Part shown: in pieces, positions 1 through 11,330 of the stretch
Layout of the letters: every line of letters starts with the position of its first letter
Numbering within the stretch: position 1 is the first letter of the stretch
Origin: Pavona decussata
Taxonomy: Eukaryota
Assembly: GCA_977016875.1 (NCBI GenBank)
Contig: CDRNST010000080.1
Span: forward strand, 4,278,001 to 4,342,000
Length of the DNA: 64,000 bases
Direction of reading: 5' to 3'
Notes under the pieces: generated by a model
Database searches by the model: none
What the model saw: the letters and a program-made list of their open reading frames with translations, nothing else
Told to the model about the DNA's origin: nothing
Position numbers and translations under genes: made by a program

Positions 1-142
1 GCTCAGGCGATTGACGAAAACGAAGAAGATGCTCTCAGTTTTTGAGGCAGGGAAATTCGGCGACTCCAATACAGTTGCACTTCAAAGGACTGTGTGGTGG
101 TTTTTATCCCTACACCTGGGTTTCCAAACCAGAGATGAGAGC
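1..142 (+). pseudogene. Crypton-type tyrosine recombinase (DUF3504-like) fragment, frameshifted
   Basis: Manual translation AQAIDENEEDAL / FEAGKFGDSNTVALQRTVWWFLSLHLGFQTRDES resembles the Crypton/ZMYM motif LQRTVWWFLSLHFGFRxRDE. Confidence 0.65.
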
Positions 143-510
143 GATGAGGACGATTGACTTAATGCTGCTTCTTTTAAAGTTGAATGTGATTTTCACAGCA
201 ACCTTTTCTTGATCCGTACTTTGTGATGGGCTAGTAAAGTTTCGACGAAACCAGTTTTGTGAGTTTCAAAAACAAACCGCAGCTGTTAAGATTTTCGTCA
301 AATTCCGCTACAAATCGTTCTTGAAGTCTTTTCTATAATCAACATGATTACATGTAAACGTTTAGTAAATTTGCTTTTAAACTCGTGGTACCGAAGCTTG
401 CTCTTTCTGGGTTGCTCGCGTCATCAAAAACACGTCACGCGGGAAACCCTTTGAATTCAAGTGACCGGAAGTGCGTTTTTATAAATAAACAAGTTTGCTC
501 CGAGTGCCAT

Positions 511-673
511 ATAATAAACTACTTACTAACCTAGCTTGCTCGAGCCGTACTGGGGAATATTGGCCCTCAGTCGTTTTTGTAAGGACCTCGCTGCACTCGG
601 TCCGTACTGCCACGACCTCGGGCCAATATTCCCCAGTACGGCCCTCGCGCTCGGTTAGTAAGAGGTTAATATT
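511..673. mobile_element. Palindromic MITE-like element or Crypton-type terminal hairpin
   Basis: Inverted arms cgtactggggaatattggccc (~547-567) and gggccaatattccccagtacg (620-640); outer arms cttactaac/gttagtaag. Confidence 0.7.
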
Positions 674-769
674 TTTTATTGCTTGTTGAACAGGATGTGA
701 ACAGGAAACCATATGCAGCAAAGATTTGAGTGCAGCTGAGATCTTCAATTCTTATCGTAATGAAGTGGT

Positions 770-1180
770 TGCCCACCAATGTGGCACTCAGTTTATTTCA
801 GTAAACAGGATGCAAATATCACTGGTTATGCAACTGATGTGCATTTATAAAGATCCAAGACTAGATCTGACTAAACCACTTAATGTGAACTTTGTTGGTG
901 AACATGGAGCTGATGTTGGTGGACCAACAAAAGAGTATTTCCATGAGGCCATATCAATCTTAAGGTGGACACTCTTTACAATATTCAGCTGTTTGGTGGG
1001 CAAGAAGGCCATTTACTTCCCTTGTATGGGGTTGATACCATCTCTTCAGGTTGCTTCGAAATGGCTGGCAAGCTTATTGCCCATAATGTACTTCATGGAG
1101 GGCCTGGGATGGCAGGGTTGAGCCCAGTTGTGATAAAATACTTAGCCACAGGATCAATCGATGAGGCTAAGGAATATATA
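770..1180 (+). pseudogene. HECT E3 ubiquitin ligase (G2E3-like) N-lobe fragment, frameshifted
   Basis: PLNVNFVGEHGADVGGPTKEYF in one frame, then LFGGQEGHLLP...FEMAGKLIAHNVLHGGPGMAGLSP in another; frameshift near 960. Confidence 0.8.
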
Positions 1181-1474
1181 GACCATAATTATGACATTGT
1201 CAAGAGAATTTGCTGTGTGCCTTGCACATGTTATGTCTGTGTGTGCATGTGAATGTAAAAACTAAAAGAAATTGTACAGTTATATATGGTTGAAATTAAA
1301 CAAAAAAGGAATTAAGACGTCTACTCAAAAAGGGCCATCAGTCAGAAATGGAAGAGCCCAATACATATATCTACTTTGATGGGGGGGGGGGGGGGGGTAC
1401 TGCATTTTTGAAAGTGGCCTACAAGAGACTCAATGAAAGATCCACTTGCATGTAGTGCACGACATAAGCATTAC

Positions 1475-2081
1475 CTTTAGGGTCAACTCTCCTCATTGCC
1501 TCCCTGATCCTTTCCTCTTGAACTTTATGACCCTTGCACAGAAGATGGCCCCGCATTGATTTGTAGCCACAGTTTGGGAAATTGTGGAGTATATCCAGAA
1601 TGATAATGTCTAACTCCACTTCACTTATATCTGAGTAGCTCGCGCGAACCGGTAATTCAAATTCTTGTAGTCTCTTATAAACTGTTTTATTGCTGACACT
1701 GAGCATCCTCACTATGTCACTGCCCTTAAAACCTTTCTCTAGGAAATACTCAAGCTGATTTCGACTGATATATATATTTGGCCTCCCTTTATTGCCAGTT
1801 ACTATCATCGGTCTGTTGTTGTGGACGTGTGCAGATTCCTCATTGCATCTAATCATAAGTGAAATGACATTATGGGCTTGACGTAACTTTGGAAGGAGAG
1901 CTGCTTCAAATGTTCCCCCAAGCCTCAAAACCAGCGAGCATAACCACTCCACCTTATACAAGCCATAATCAAGATCTGCATTGCAAGCCAGTTGATTCAT
2001 AACATCAAGAAGTACCGTTTTTATGTTACTTTCTATAAGTTTTTGTGACGTTCGATGTTGACCCTGCAGGTGAGCCGCCAT
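1475..2081 (-). pseudogene. IS3EU-like DDE transposase, N-terminal HTH exon; catalytic core absent
   Basis: GRPNIYISRNQLEYFL..GF...IVRMLSVS..TVYKRLQEF...YSDISEVELD...PNCGYKSMRGHL..KGHKVQEERIREAMRRVDPKG; likely ATG at 2081 (MAAHLQ); splice donor aaag|gtaatg after 1475. Confidence 0.75.
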
Positions 2082-2159
2082 ATTTGCTGTTATGTATCTG
2101 GAAAAGCACTCTAGGAAACAAACTTTTTTCAATAAGCCGCTGGCCCGATGGAATGACGT

Positions 2160-2460
2160 TTCTGATCCAATGACATGAAGTTCGATCTGGTGGCATGATG
2201 TATATAGTTCGAGTGAATGGTCTACGATCCAATAACAGGAATGTGGTTTTCTGGCAGAATGATGCATTGCAATGACATAAAGCCCCACATAAATATAAGA
2301 TACGGTAGAATGACGTATGATCCAATAAAATGAAGTCCGATCCAATGACATGAAGCATATTGTCGGATAGAATGATGTATGATTCGGTGGCATGGCGTTA
2401 ATGGTCCAATGGCATGAAACTCGATTCAATTACATTTTCGTCCCAATTCCCCCTCCACAT
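2160..2460. repeat. Subterminal short repeats (gatccaatgacatgaa-like) of the IS3EU-like element
   Basis: Degenerate copies at ~2164, 2227, 2319, 2339 and 2403, upstream of the transposase; possible terminus near 2460. Confidence 0.55.
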
Positions 2461-2924
2461 GTTTGGAACATAATTTGTTTGTCCAATGAAACACACTTTT
2501 TAAGGACTGAAGTCAGTAGACAATCTACCTTTAGCTGCAGTCAAAGCAATTGAATAGACTGAGTTTGAAAAAAGAACGCAACTGGATATTGTATTGGATT
2601 GTGATCAGTCAGTGATCGGTATTGCCTATACTACCGGTTAGGCAACAGTATACTGAAAGGCATAAAAAAATTATGAAACTCTAGTCAAAATCTCTGCGTT
2701 TCTGAAACTATTGTTTTTGGTATTTTAAAAACCACAAAGCCACCAAAACTGTATAACATGATTAGCATTTTTCTAAAATTATGCAGAGTTTAACCAATGG
2801 TCTGTGTAGCAGGCTGAAAAAAGCCCTTATCCTTGTCTGAGATCGATTGTATTTTGATTGGCAATTTGCTTATGTTGATTCTTTGGCAAATTCCTTTCGT
2901 TTTGATTTTGCAAACAACCTGTAA

Positions 2925-3093
2925 TTAGAATGACGTATTATTCTAGAAAGTGACACAGACATACTCGGGAAAAAATCCGAGGAACCCTATCAGGAGTCGA
3001 ACCCAAGACAACTCCTGATAGGGGCACTCTAGAATAATACATCATTCTCATTCACTCACCAGGCTGAAAAAATACTATCACCTTTGTTTCGTA
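2925..3093. mobile_element. Fold-back insertion carrying a tRNA B-box fragment, with 9-bp TSD
   Basis: Arms agaatgacgtattattctag (2927-2946) and ctagaataatacatcattct (3029-3048); inner arms cctatcaggagt/actcctgatagg; ggagtcgaacc is a reverse B box; aacctgtaa at 2916-2924 and 3094-3102. Confidence 0.6.
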
Positions 3094-3171
3094 AACCTGT
3101 AACATGCTGTGATAGTTGCTGGCTAATACGGGGACATTTCAGTCAAAATTGCATTAAAAATTACATCACAG

Positions 3172-4625
3172 GTGCCCTTCTATATTATGGGCATTTGTCT
3201 ATGAGAGGTGCACACAGAATTTGTAATGAAGATTTATGGAAAGGCACTGCTTAGTCAGCTGAGGGACATCTCAGCAGGGAGCTTTGGGCTCTGGCAAAGG
3301 AAGAAGGCTTAAAAGCTGCAATAAATTGGCAGGATGCTGATTCATCTTCTGCTAAAGGTCTTAGATACTCTTTTCCAAATGAACAGGAGTCAAAGATTAG
3401 GTTGTGTGGGGGCCATATAGGGAGGGCACATGAAATAAGGGGTAAATCCTCATTCACACCAGCATTTATTGCCCTGCACAAATCAGAATTTCGGTGAAAT
3501 GCTGTTGTGCTGGCAAAAAACATACATTTGTTGCTACAAGAAACAAGCCTGCTTGTGGTTGCATTAGTCCTGCATTCATTCAAAATGCCAAGAGGAATCA
3601 TTACTGTGCTTTGATTGAAGCTGACACCAGCCCTGAGAAGTACAAAGATACCACACTGACTCTAGGCAAATACCACAGCAGGGACATTCATGAGTGGGAG
3701 GGGGGCTCCTGTTCATTTCACCCACTAGTAAAATGTATGTGTAAGGAGTGTGTTGCGGATAACAATATGTTTTATCCAGACATGAAGTGCCAAGGACAGC
3801 CATATCGCTCTGCTCACCCGCTGAAATGTGAATTTCATGCGCTGACTTATGAGATAGAGTGTGCTAAAAGGGCAAACAAAGCAGGCCAAGTAATTAACCA
3901 GGATTTGGGGAAGGGGCATTCGAACTTACCAGAGGCCACCTTTAGTGTGTTGCCCAAATTTAGGGCCAAGGATACAAATCTGCACCAAAAGCACTATCAA
4001 GCCTCAACAAATTTGGGCTTGCTTCAAGCCAGCATGACCTGGTGCTACAGGCAAAAGGGACCGCAGTACCATTGGATTGTAGAATTGTATTCACAGATTG
4101 GACTGCCAGTTCTCAGTGGAGTTCAGGAAATGGTATGTATCAGAAATCTTTAGTTTGAACTAAAAGTATTCAGACAGGTTACAGGAAATGAAAATAGACC
4201 ATTGAAGAGACAATACCGACTAAATCCAACCGTTTTTAAAACTTTTGATGAATAAAGTTTTATGGTTTACAGTTCTATTTCAGAATACTTTCATAGATTA
4301 CACACTTTTCTATCCCGGAGTAATGCAATGTAATGTGTAGCACTACACTTTCTCTATAGTCATATTTGGCATAACAGTAATTGAATATTTCTATGTCGTT
4401 GTCATTCAAAAGACAAGAAAATATTCAATGCTAGTAATCCTTGAGCATATGGAGACAGGATCAGATAATGGAAATGTCCATAAGTTGGCGCAAATGTTAT
4501 GTTTAATTATTTTTGCTAGTGCCAACAGGACAACGAAGACAGAATGAAGCAGTTAGAGCGCTACAAAACAGATGCTGAAAAAAAAAGGTGCAAAAAAAAA
4601 ATCGTGCAGAGGAGCAAGAATTAAG
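3172..4625 (+). pseudogene. Mutator-like DDE transposase, spliced, with stop and frameshift
   Basis: GALLYYGH..WKGTA*SAEG..NWQDADSSS..LCGGHIGRAH (CxxH)..HSNLPEATFSV; cag acceptor at 3171, donor after 4131, further exon ~4520-4625. Confidence 0.65.
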
Positions 4626-5602
4626 GTAAATAAGGGTATTGGTGACTTTTGACTGTTTTTTTTTTCAGCTACAGTACGAACTCATGATGGGATGGAGACC
4701 CTTGGTCTAAGAACCGTCGGAATGAAAGCAAAATTCGTAGAAGAAACACAAAAACTTGCAGGTACATTGCAGCTTCTAGTTTATGCTGTCAGTTTTTCTA
4801 CTTTGAAACGGAAAAATCGGGTCACTTATTTTGAAGGCTACTGAAATATCTTAGAAACTGTAGTAGGAAAATTGTCTTTGTAGTCCCAGCCACTCTTGTG
4901 TGAATATGTTTCAACATCAGTCCATATGGTTCCTTGCCCTTTGACATTATTTAGAACGAAGTAAGAACAGAAAAGTGATTCATGAGTTAAATGCAACTTT
5001 ACAAATTCAACAACTATTTCAAATGTCAATTTAACTTGTAATTCGAGTTGATCCAAAGAGTAATAATTAGATTTGGCACATGTAAAATGCAATGTTTATC
5101 GTGGGCCCAATTGTAGTCTTTGCAATAGACAGAATACTGTGGAATAACTCCATTGTTAACTTAAATTACCCTCTATATTCCAGAAGGATGTGCTGACAGA
5201 AAGAAGGACAAACTTGGAGATGTATAACCCAGAAAATTTACAATGGTGGATCGAATCTTAAATAATGCTGAAAAAAACCTGTTGAAAAGCATGGATCGGT
5301 CTATCTATGATACAAAGTAAGTTGAGCCAATTTTAATTGAAGACATGGGCAGCTCATGACCACATGTACCTTAAAGAATCTGTCCAAGGGGGAATTTCAT
5401 TACTGTTATTAATCATTTCATTTTCAGTAAATAACTCAAAATCATGTTATTCTACATGTAGATTTCTTGTGTTGTTATTGTGTCTCTGTGTAACTACCGG
5501 TAATCCTGTGCAAGTACCAAAGTCTAAAGCAGCAGTCATGATCCGAGCAATCTCCAGCACCCTTCTAGAAAGAGAGTTAGTCCAGGTAACCACTCCATTA
5601 CA

Positions 5603-6305
5603 CAATATCTCGAGAGAAAGTGTTGTGGTGAAGGTCTAAATTCTTGCTATTGTTTGGTGTATCTTGAGCTCAAGAAATGTAATGCTGATAGTGAAGGACT
5701 AATACCAGTGTTCTTGCTTAATTATCAATACTATTAGTCTACCTAGAAAACACAGTTAGTAAAGGTCACCGCTCCGTTAAACAGTATCTCAAGAAAAAGT
5801 GTTGTGGTGAAGGTCTAAATAAGTTCTTGCTATTATTTGATGTCTCTTGAGCTCAAGAAAAATGTTGATATTATTGATCGTGAAGGACTAAAGGTGCATT
5901 TCCCCTCCGTTAAACACTATCTCGAGAAAATGTGTTGTAGTGAAGGTCTGAATAAGTTCTTGCTATTATTTGATATCTCTTGAGCTCAAGAAATATGTTG
6001 ATATTGCTGATAGTGAAGGACTAAAGATGCATTTACGCAACAGCAACAGTGTCTCGAGAAAAAGTGTTGTAGTGAAGGTCTGCATAAGTTCTTGCTACTA
6101 TTTGATGTCTCTTTAGCTCAAGAAATATAATGTTCATATTGTTGATAGTGAAGGACTAAAAATGCATTTTCGCAACAGCAACAGTATCTCGAGAAAAAGT
6201 GTTGTGGTGAAGGTCTAAATAAGTTCTTGCTATTGTTTGGTTATCTTGAGCTCAAGAAATAAATTATAATGTTCATATTGTTGATAGTGAAGGTCTAAAT
6301 ATCAG
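5603..6305. repeat. Tandem array, ~133-bp unit, 5 copies
   Basis: tatctcgagaaaaagtgttgtggtgaaggtct... starts at ~5603, 5781, 5914, 6046 and 6181. Confidence 0.9.
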
Positions 6306-6447
6306 TGTCCTCGCTGTTAGTTGCTGTGTTTTCATCTCAAGTAAAATATGTTGAAGCAATGTACCTTAAAGAAAACAAATGGCAATAAATTGATGTTCAA
6401 GTTGTTTGTTCAAAGTGTATTTTTCAAAGTATTTGCATTGGCCTAGA

Positions 6448-6725
6448 TGTAAAACTCGAATCCCTGCTCTGTTTATGTAAAAATCAAGGTCTGATTTATC
6501 AGAATCATTCCTGTAAAACTTGAATCCGTAAACTGGATATATAACAATCCAGGTCTGGTTTGTTGGAATCCATTCTTGTAAAACTCAAATCCCTAGCCGG
6601 TTTATATAACAACCCAGGTCTGGTTTCTTGGAATCCATTCTATAAAAACGTGAATTCCCAGCCTGTTTATGTAACAATTCAGGTCTGGTTTGTTAGAATC
6701 CATTCTTGTAAAACGCAAACCCCAA
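6448..6725. repeat. Tandem array, ~65-bp unit, ~4.3 copies
   Basis: tgtaaaactc.aatccc...ccaggtctggtttgttggaatccattc at ~6448, 6512, 6577, 6641 and 6707. Confidence 0.85.
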
Positions 6726-6769
6726 GCTTGTGATCTTGCACAATTTAGGGCATTAAAGTTTGGATCACG

Positions 6770-6982
6770 CAAAATCCAAGTGAATGAGGAAAGTTCCTAT
6801 TCCTGGATAACTCAATTTCCCAGTCTGGATTTTTCCAGTTTTCCATTTTTTTGGTATCTGCCAAATCCAGACAGAGAACCAAAATTGGATAAATTGCACT
6901 TTTTCCAAGTTTGGATTAGTAACGAAATCCAAGTAAAAACCAAGTTAAATCCAACTTGGAAATTTGAGAATTTTTTCCAGTG
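6770..6982. mobile_element. EnSpm/CACTA-type (CACTG) transposon end with aaatccaag subterminal repeats
   Basis: Ends ttttttcCAGTG (6978-6982); repeated aaatccaa/ttggattt motifs in both orientations. Confidence 0.5.
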
Positions 6983-7120
6983 GACTGTACCTTAATTTTT
7001 CTTGTGATTTTCCTCTTTTTTTTAGCCATGACTGTGACAGGTACACATGATGCGTTTCGAGGTTTTATCGAAGGGCTGAAAATGGCACAAGTTGGGTATA
7101 ATTGAAGGCACTGTGGCCCC

Positions 7121-7345
7121 AGTAGTTATAGAGTCGGCGGTACCAGCTCAGTTTTGAAAATTCTGAAATCTCAACTCTGAAATCCAACATAATTATTAGT
7201 CCTATAAATTGGAGAGGGGCTACCAGCTCAGTTTTCAAAATTCTGAAAATCCAAAACTGAGATCCAATTTCTGAAATCCAAAATCGAAATCCAAAATCTG
7301 AAATCCAAATCCAAAACTAGATCAAGATATTATTAAGTAAGAAAT
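7121..7345 (+). mobile_element. Candidate Polinton/Maverick terminus (AGTAGT) with ctgaaatcc repeats
   Basis: Starts agtagttatagag; duplicated taccagctcagtttt.aaaattctgaaa at 7141 and 7221; no matching opposite end found. Confidence 0.4.
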
Positions 7346-7581
7346 CAATCCAATCCAATCTCGAAATTCTTTCCATGAATACCACTGCTTACAATAAAAT
7401 GTAATAAAAAATTAGTATCTGAACTAATCCAGAGTCAACACAATTATTCCATTGCATGACATTCTCGGTAAACAGGAAGTTGATGATCTCATTCTCTGGG
7501 ACTTTCCCGCTTTCGTCTAAATTCAGTCTATTGTTTTCAAGGTCACGAGACAGTCATATGATTTTTTAACCCAAGGACGAA

Positions 7582-8229
7582 TTGTCCGATGCATCAGACA
7601 GATTCTTTGTTGAAATCAATGAAGTTGAAGGGAAGGAGTATTTCAGTAAAAACATGAACAAGAAACGTTTCACGGAATTTGCAAGCTACCTTGAAGGTTT
7701 TACACAAAGGATTGTCATTCACTTTCCAAATACCAAGGATTTTGTCTACAACGAGAAGAAAAAAATGTTGGAGAAATTTCCAGAGCTTGCAACATCTTCT
7801 AATCCCTCATCAGGACAAAGCAAGTTTGATGTTGTGAAATATAAATTAGATTCTTCAGTGAACAATGAAAGACGCATGTGTTACCGCAATGTTGAGATCA
7901 AAACGAGCTCACCCGAAGAGTGTGTAGAAACTGTCAACACATTAGCAAGAGCTGTCGAAAATGCACACAGAGATATTTTATATTATTCTTCCATCCAAGG
8001 TCAAATACTTTCAAATTTGAAAGATTGTTGCGGTCAATCATTCACTGTGATTTTACGAAATAATATCAACATTTCAAAGTCACACGCTTACTTTTTCATG
8101 AAATTTCACAAACTTGCGTTGGAATACCCAAGACTTTTGAAATGTGAACTACCGCTTAGCTATTTTCAAAAAAACTTTGCAAACATTAAGTTGATTTGTG
8201 AAAATGAGAAAATAGTATGGAAGGCTTGA
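7582..8229 (+). CDS. Unknown 215-aa protein, probably TE or virus accessory; true start uncertain (TTG in track; ATG at 7654)
   Basis: Uninterrupted intronless ORF in AT-rich DNA, lying between two AGTAGT-starting ends. Confidence 0.5.
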   Translation: MSDASDRFFVEINEVEGKEYFSKNMNKKRFTEFASYLEGFTQRIVIHFPNTKDFVYNEKKKMLEKFPELATSSNPSSGQSKFDVVKYKLDSSVNNERRMCYRNVEIKTSSPEECVETVNTLARAVENAHRDILYYSSIQGQILSNLKDCCGQSFTVILRNNINISKSHAYFFMKFHKLALEYPRLLKCELPLSYFQKNFANIKLICENEKIVWKA

Positions 8230-8510
8230 AGTAGTATATGTTCAGCAAAATTAACCCTTGTTAGTGACTTCCCTTGGAATTTCCTTCCTTCCCGCATACT
8301 AATTTTTGACTTCCTTCATACTAATTAAGTGCCTAGTCAGTGCCTTCCCGCATACTAATTTTTTTACTTCCTCCATACTAATAAGTGCCGAGGTTTACTT
8401 ATGAGCGTCACTCTTGCAAAAAGGAAACAATTGACGTGCCCAGGCTTGTCCGCTCTATACCCACCCTGATTGGATATTGCAGAATCTATTATGTTTTCCA
8501 AATAAAAGTG
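8230..8510 (+). mobile_element. Polinton/Maverick terminal region
   Basis: AGTAGTatatgttcagcaaaattaacc and catactaattaagtgcctagtcagtg blocks match the end at 21742-22095, which leads into pPolB. Confidence 0.7.
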
Positions 8511-8617
8511 CGCTTTTGTTGATCGCATCATTTCACCATTCGATCTCAAGCTATATTTGCTTCGTTCTTGTTCCGTTCATTTCAAACGTTCTCTCCAGAT
8601 GGCTTACTCTGACCTGA

Positions 8618-9354
8618 ATGCTATCAAAAATGCTATGGTTACTTCTTCATGGAACTGCCTTAAAAAAAGTGTCCTACGATGTAGAAAGCGTGTCTCAAGA
8701 AATTCCTACCTTGATTCTTTCTCCTGAACGTAATCTGGAAGCTGTTACTGAAGGTTTAAAGCGATGGAAGAAACACGCTGGACTTTTAAGCTGGAATCTA
8801 ACCGTTCATTCATTATTACTGCACAACGATGCACACAGTAGCCGCATGTTGACCGCAGCTGTGTCTTGCGGGATGGCGGTCCAACTTCTGGTCGTTCAAT
8901 TGGAGAAATTGTTATTTAATCAGAAAGAGAAAAGTGCGGAAGATGCACTGTGGTTGCAAATTCAAGGTTTGGTGAAGAAATTTGGAGTCCTTCTGCTTAA
9001 TAGATTCACAAGAGAGCAATGTGGCGTAGATGATTTCTCGCTTGAGAGGCCTGGTATCGTCGATCCAAGCAAGACAGTGGGAAAGTCCACAAAAAGTCGC
9101 CAGTGCTCTAAAAGGCAAACCCCTTTCAAATACGCTCTCAGCAAATTCTTTGCCAAATGAAGAAACCCTCCAAAACTAGCCATCGAGATTCCCAAGGCAA
9201 GTTCACGACCAAAACTGCAAAGACAAAACAGGGTTATCGAGCAGTGATGAGGAAAACAGATGCGTTTTACTTGATTTGTGATACTCGTGCTGACAGTTTT
9301 CTTGAAAAACAATTTGATTGTATATCAGTGTTAAGTTCATTTTCTGAGTCCTAA
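8618..9354 (+). other. Two small overlapping ORFs (180 and 65 aa) followed by AATAAA; possible Polinton accessory genes
   Basis: ATGA stop/start overlap at 9157-9160; aataaa overlapping the stop at 9354; no recognisable motif. Confidence 0.3.
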
Positions 9355-10009
9355 TAAACCGTTGATGTATAAACCTATCTGTCTTCTAATCTTTAAATTT
9401 CATTAAAGCACAATACTGCAGCTATGTTAACGAATTTTACTCTATCTCGTATTAAGCCAAGAAAGCGTATGTGCACTGAAGTGAATTATGTTAACTCAGT
9501 TGATCAAATTTGCATGAGAAATTAGAACCTTTTTGTTTAACTAAGTACCTTTATATTTGGGCTGCATGTAAAAGAAATGTTGAGACACATAACCGCTGTT
9601 AGTCAACACGGATTTGTTTTGGTTAGAACTTTATTATGTTTTTAACATAAAAGCGCCAACGTTCAAGCCTAGCCACAAGTCCTTGCATTTTTGCTGGAGT
9701 TAATAAACGTTTATCGTTCAATTTTCCGTTTTTTTCTCCAATTTCCATCATTTAAACTACCGAGTACTACTTAGAAGTTATTATTTCAATTTACCGCTTG
9801 AAAAAGGTTTTTTTTTTTCTGAAAACGGCACATCAGAGTCTTAACTTCATACATGTGGCCGCCATTGAATGAAAACAACCTTTCAAATGATGATTTGCTT
9901 TGACGTCACACAGGAAGGGATGAGTGGGTCCCCTCCCTTAAGATATACGCGCCGATAATGGATTTTGATTGGACGTTTTTCTCTCAGGGACCAACACGTG
10001 GTTTTAAAA

Positions 10010-10235
10010 CTGACAGACAAACCTATTTCTTAACTGACTAAATCACCAACTGATTGACTAACCAACTCCTTGACTGACTAAATCACCAACTGACAGCCAG
10101 ACCAATTTCTTAACTGACTAGATCACCTCTGCTGACTGACTAACCTTTTGACTGACTAGACTTATTTAAAATTGGTTTTCATAGTTCAACTGACTAATTA
10201 GGGCCAGCTAATCGAGCTAACTAATTTAGCTAATT
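10010..10235. repeat. Low-complexity actgacta repeat
   Basis: Multiple actgactaaatcaccaac-like units. Confidence 0.7.
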
Positions 10236-10267
10236 AAGTTATGGAAACGGAATTGTATTTGCGGCAG

Positions 10268-10379
10268 AAATCAACGAGTGTGAGAGCAGCCGCTGTCTCA
10301 ATAATGGAACGTGTGAGGATGAAATAAATGGCTTCAACTGCAGCTGTCCACCACGTTTTGTCAGAAACAGATGCGATAG
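10268..10379 (+). pseudogene. Calcium-binding EGF-like exon, 112 bp (frame-breaking)
   Basis: ag|EINECESSRCLNNGTCEDEINGFNCSCPPRFVRNRCD|gt; 2 bp shorter than the 114-bp sister exon. Confidence 0.85.
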
Positions 10380-10415
10380 GTGCGAGGCAATTTTGCATAA
10401 TCGCACAAAACTGCA

Positions 10416-10500
10416 AATATCAAAGAATGTGAGGGTAACCCGTGTTTAAATAATGGCATTTGTGTTGCTGCAAGTAACAGCTTTAACTTCAACTTTACGC
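10416..10500 (+). pseudogene. Degenerate EGF-like exon relic
   Basis: NIKECEGNPCLNNGICVAASNSFNF; acceptor reads ctgcaa instead of ctgcag. Confidence 0.55.
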
Positions 10501-10833
10501 GTAGAAACCTGCAGTAGCTTAGTGTGGGTTATTTACAATAAAATCATGCAACGGAATTTTGCATGGTTTTTCACTGATCCGGTGCCAGGTCCTCAGCATT
10601 TAACGAAATGGCGAACATTAGCTTCAGGGGCAAGAATCACAAAATTCTACTTGGTTAAGATGCATCCTTATTGTTGTTGTTGTTGTTAAATCAGAAAAAT
10701 ACTCGTCTGGCCGCATACAATTTATCCAGGGAAAGTTCTGTAAGGTGATACAGAACAATCATGAATATGAAAAACAAAATGACTGAACACAGTGCTTATT
10801 TATTTACAATAAATTCATGACTTTTTTCAACAG

Positions 10834-10947
10834 AAATCAACTAGTGTGAGAGCAGCCCCTGTCTAAACAATGGAACCTGTAAGGATGAAATAAATGGCTT
10901 TAACTTCAGCTGTCCACCTGGCTTTGTCAGAAACAGATGTGAGACAG
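10834..10947 (+). pseudogene. Calcium-binding EGF-like exon, 114 bp, with in-frame stop
   Basis: cag|EIN*CESSPCLNNGTCKDEINGFNFSCPPGFVRNRCET|gtaaga; phase 1-1. Confidence 0.85.
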
Positions 10948-11125
10948 GTAAGAGAATTTTGTGCACTAAGTATTCTGTGTTTAAATAATGTAACCAGTGT
11001 CGCTATAAGAAACAGCTCTAGCATCAGCTTTTTATACAAGAAAAAAGCTAAAGTGTGTGTTATTTACAATTAAATTGTTGAAAGGAACCTTTTTTTTAAC
11101 TTGATCCAGTGTAACGGCCCCAGCC

Positions 11126-11330
11126 TTAAAGTGCCCCTAACTCCTAAATTTGTTTTTGCATTATGACAAATGTAAATGACTTGGAGATGATTAAAACAAA
11201 AATTAAGAAAATTAATAAAATCCTCACATTGCTATGGATGTTTAAAGTCGCAATGTTCTTGTTCACTACTGCACTGTGAGAGGTCTGGGTCCTAAAAGAT
11301 TGATGATGTCAGCCGGGGAACTGGGTTTTT
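11126..11330 (+). mobile_element. Candidate Kolobok-type end
   Basis: TTAA followed by AGTGCCCCTAACTCC, where similarity between the EGF duplicates stops; partner end not found. Confidence 0.4.

Noticed and set aside
2082-2429. N-terminal extension of ORF 1419..2429
   Set aside because: It translates subterminal repeats; the plausible ATG is at 2081
5603-6725. CRISPR-like array
   Set aside because: Units are contiguous degenerate tandem repeats without unique spacers; eukaryotic context with no cas genes
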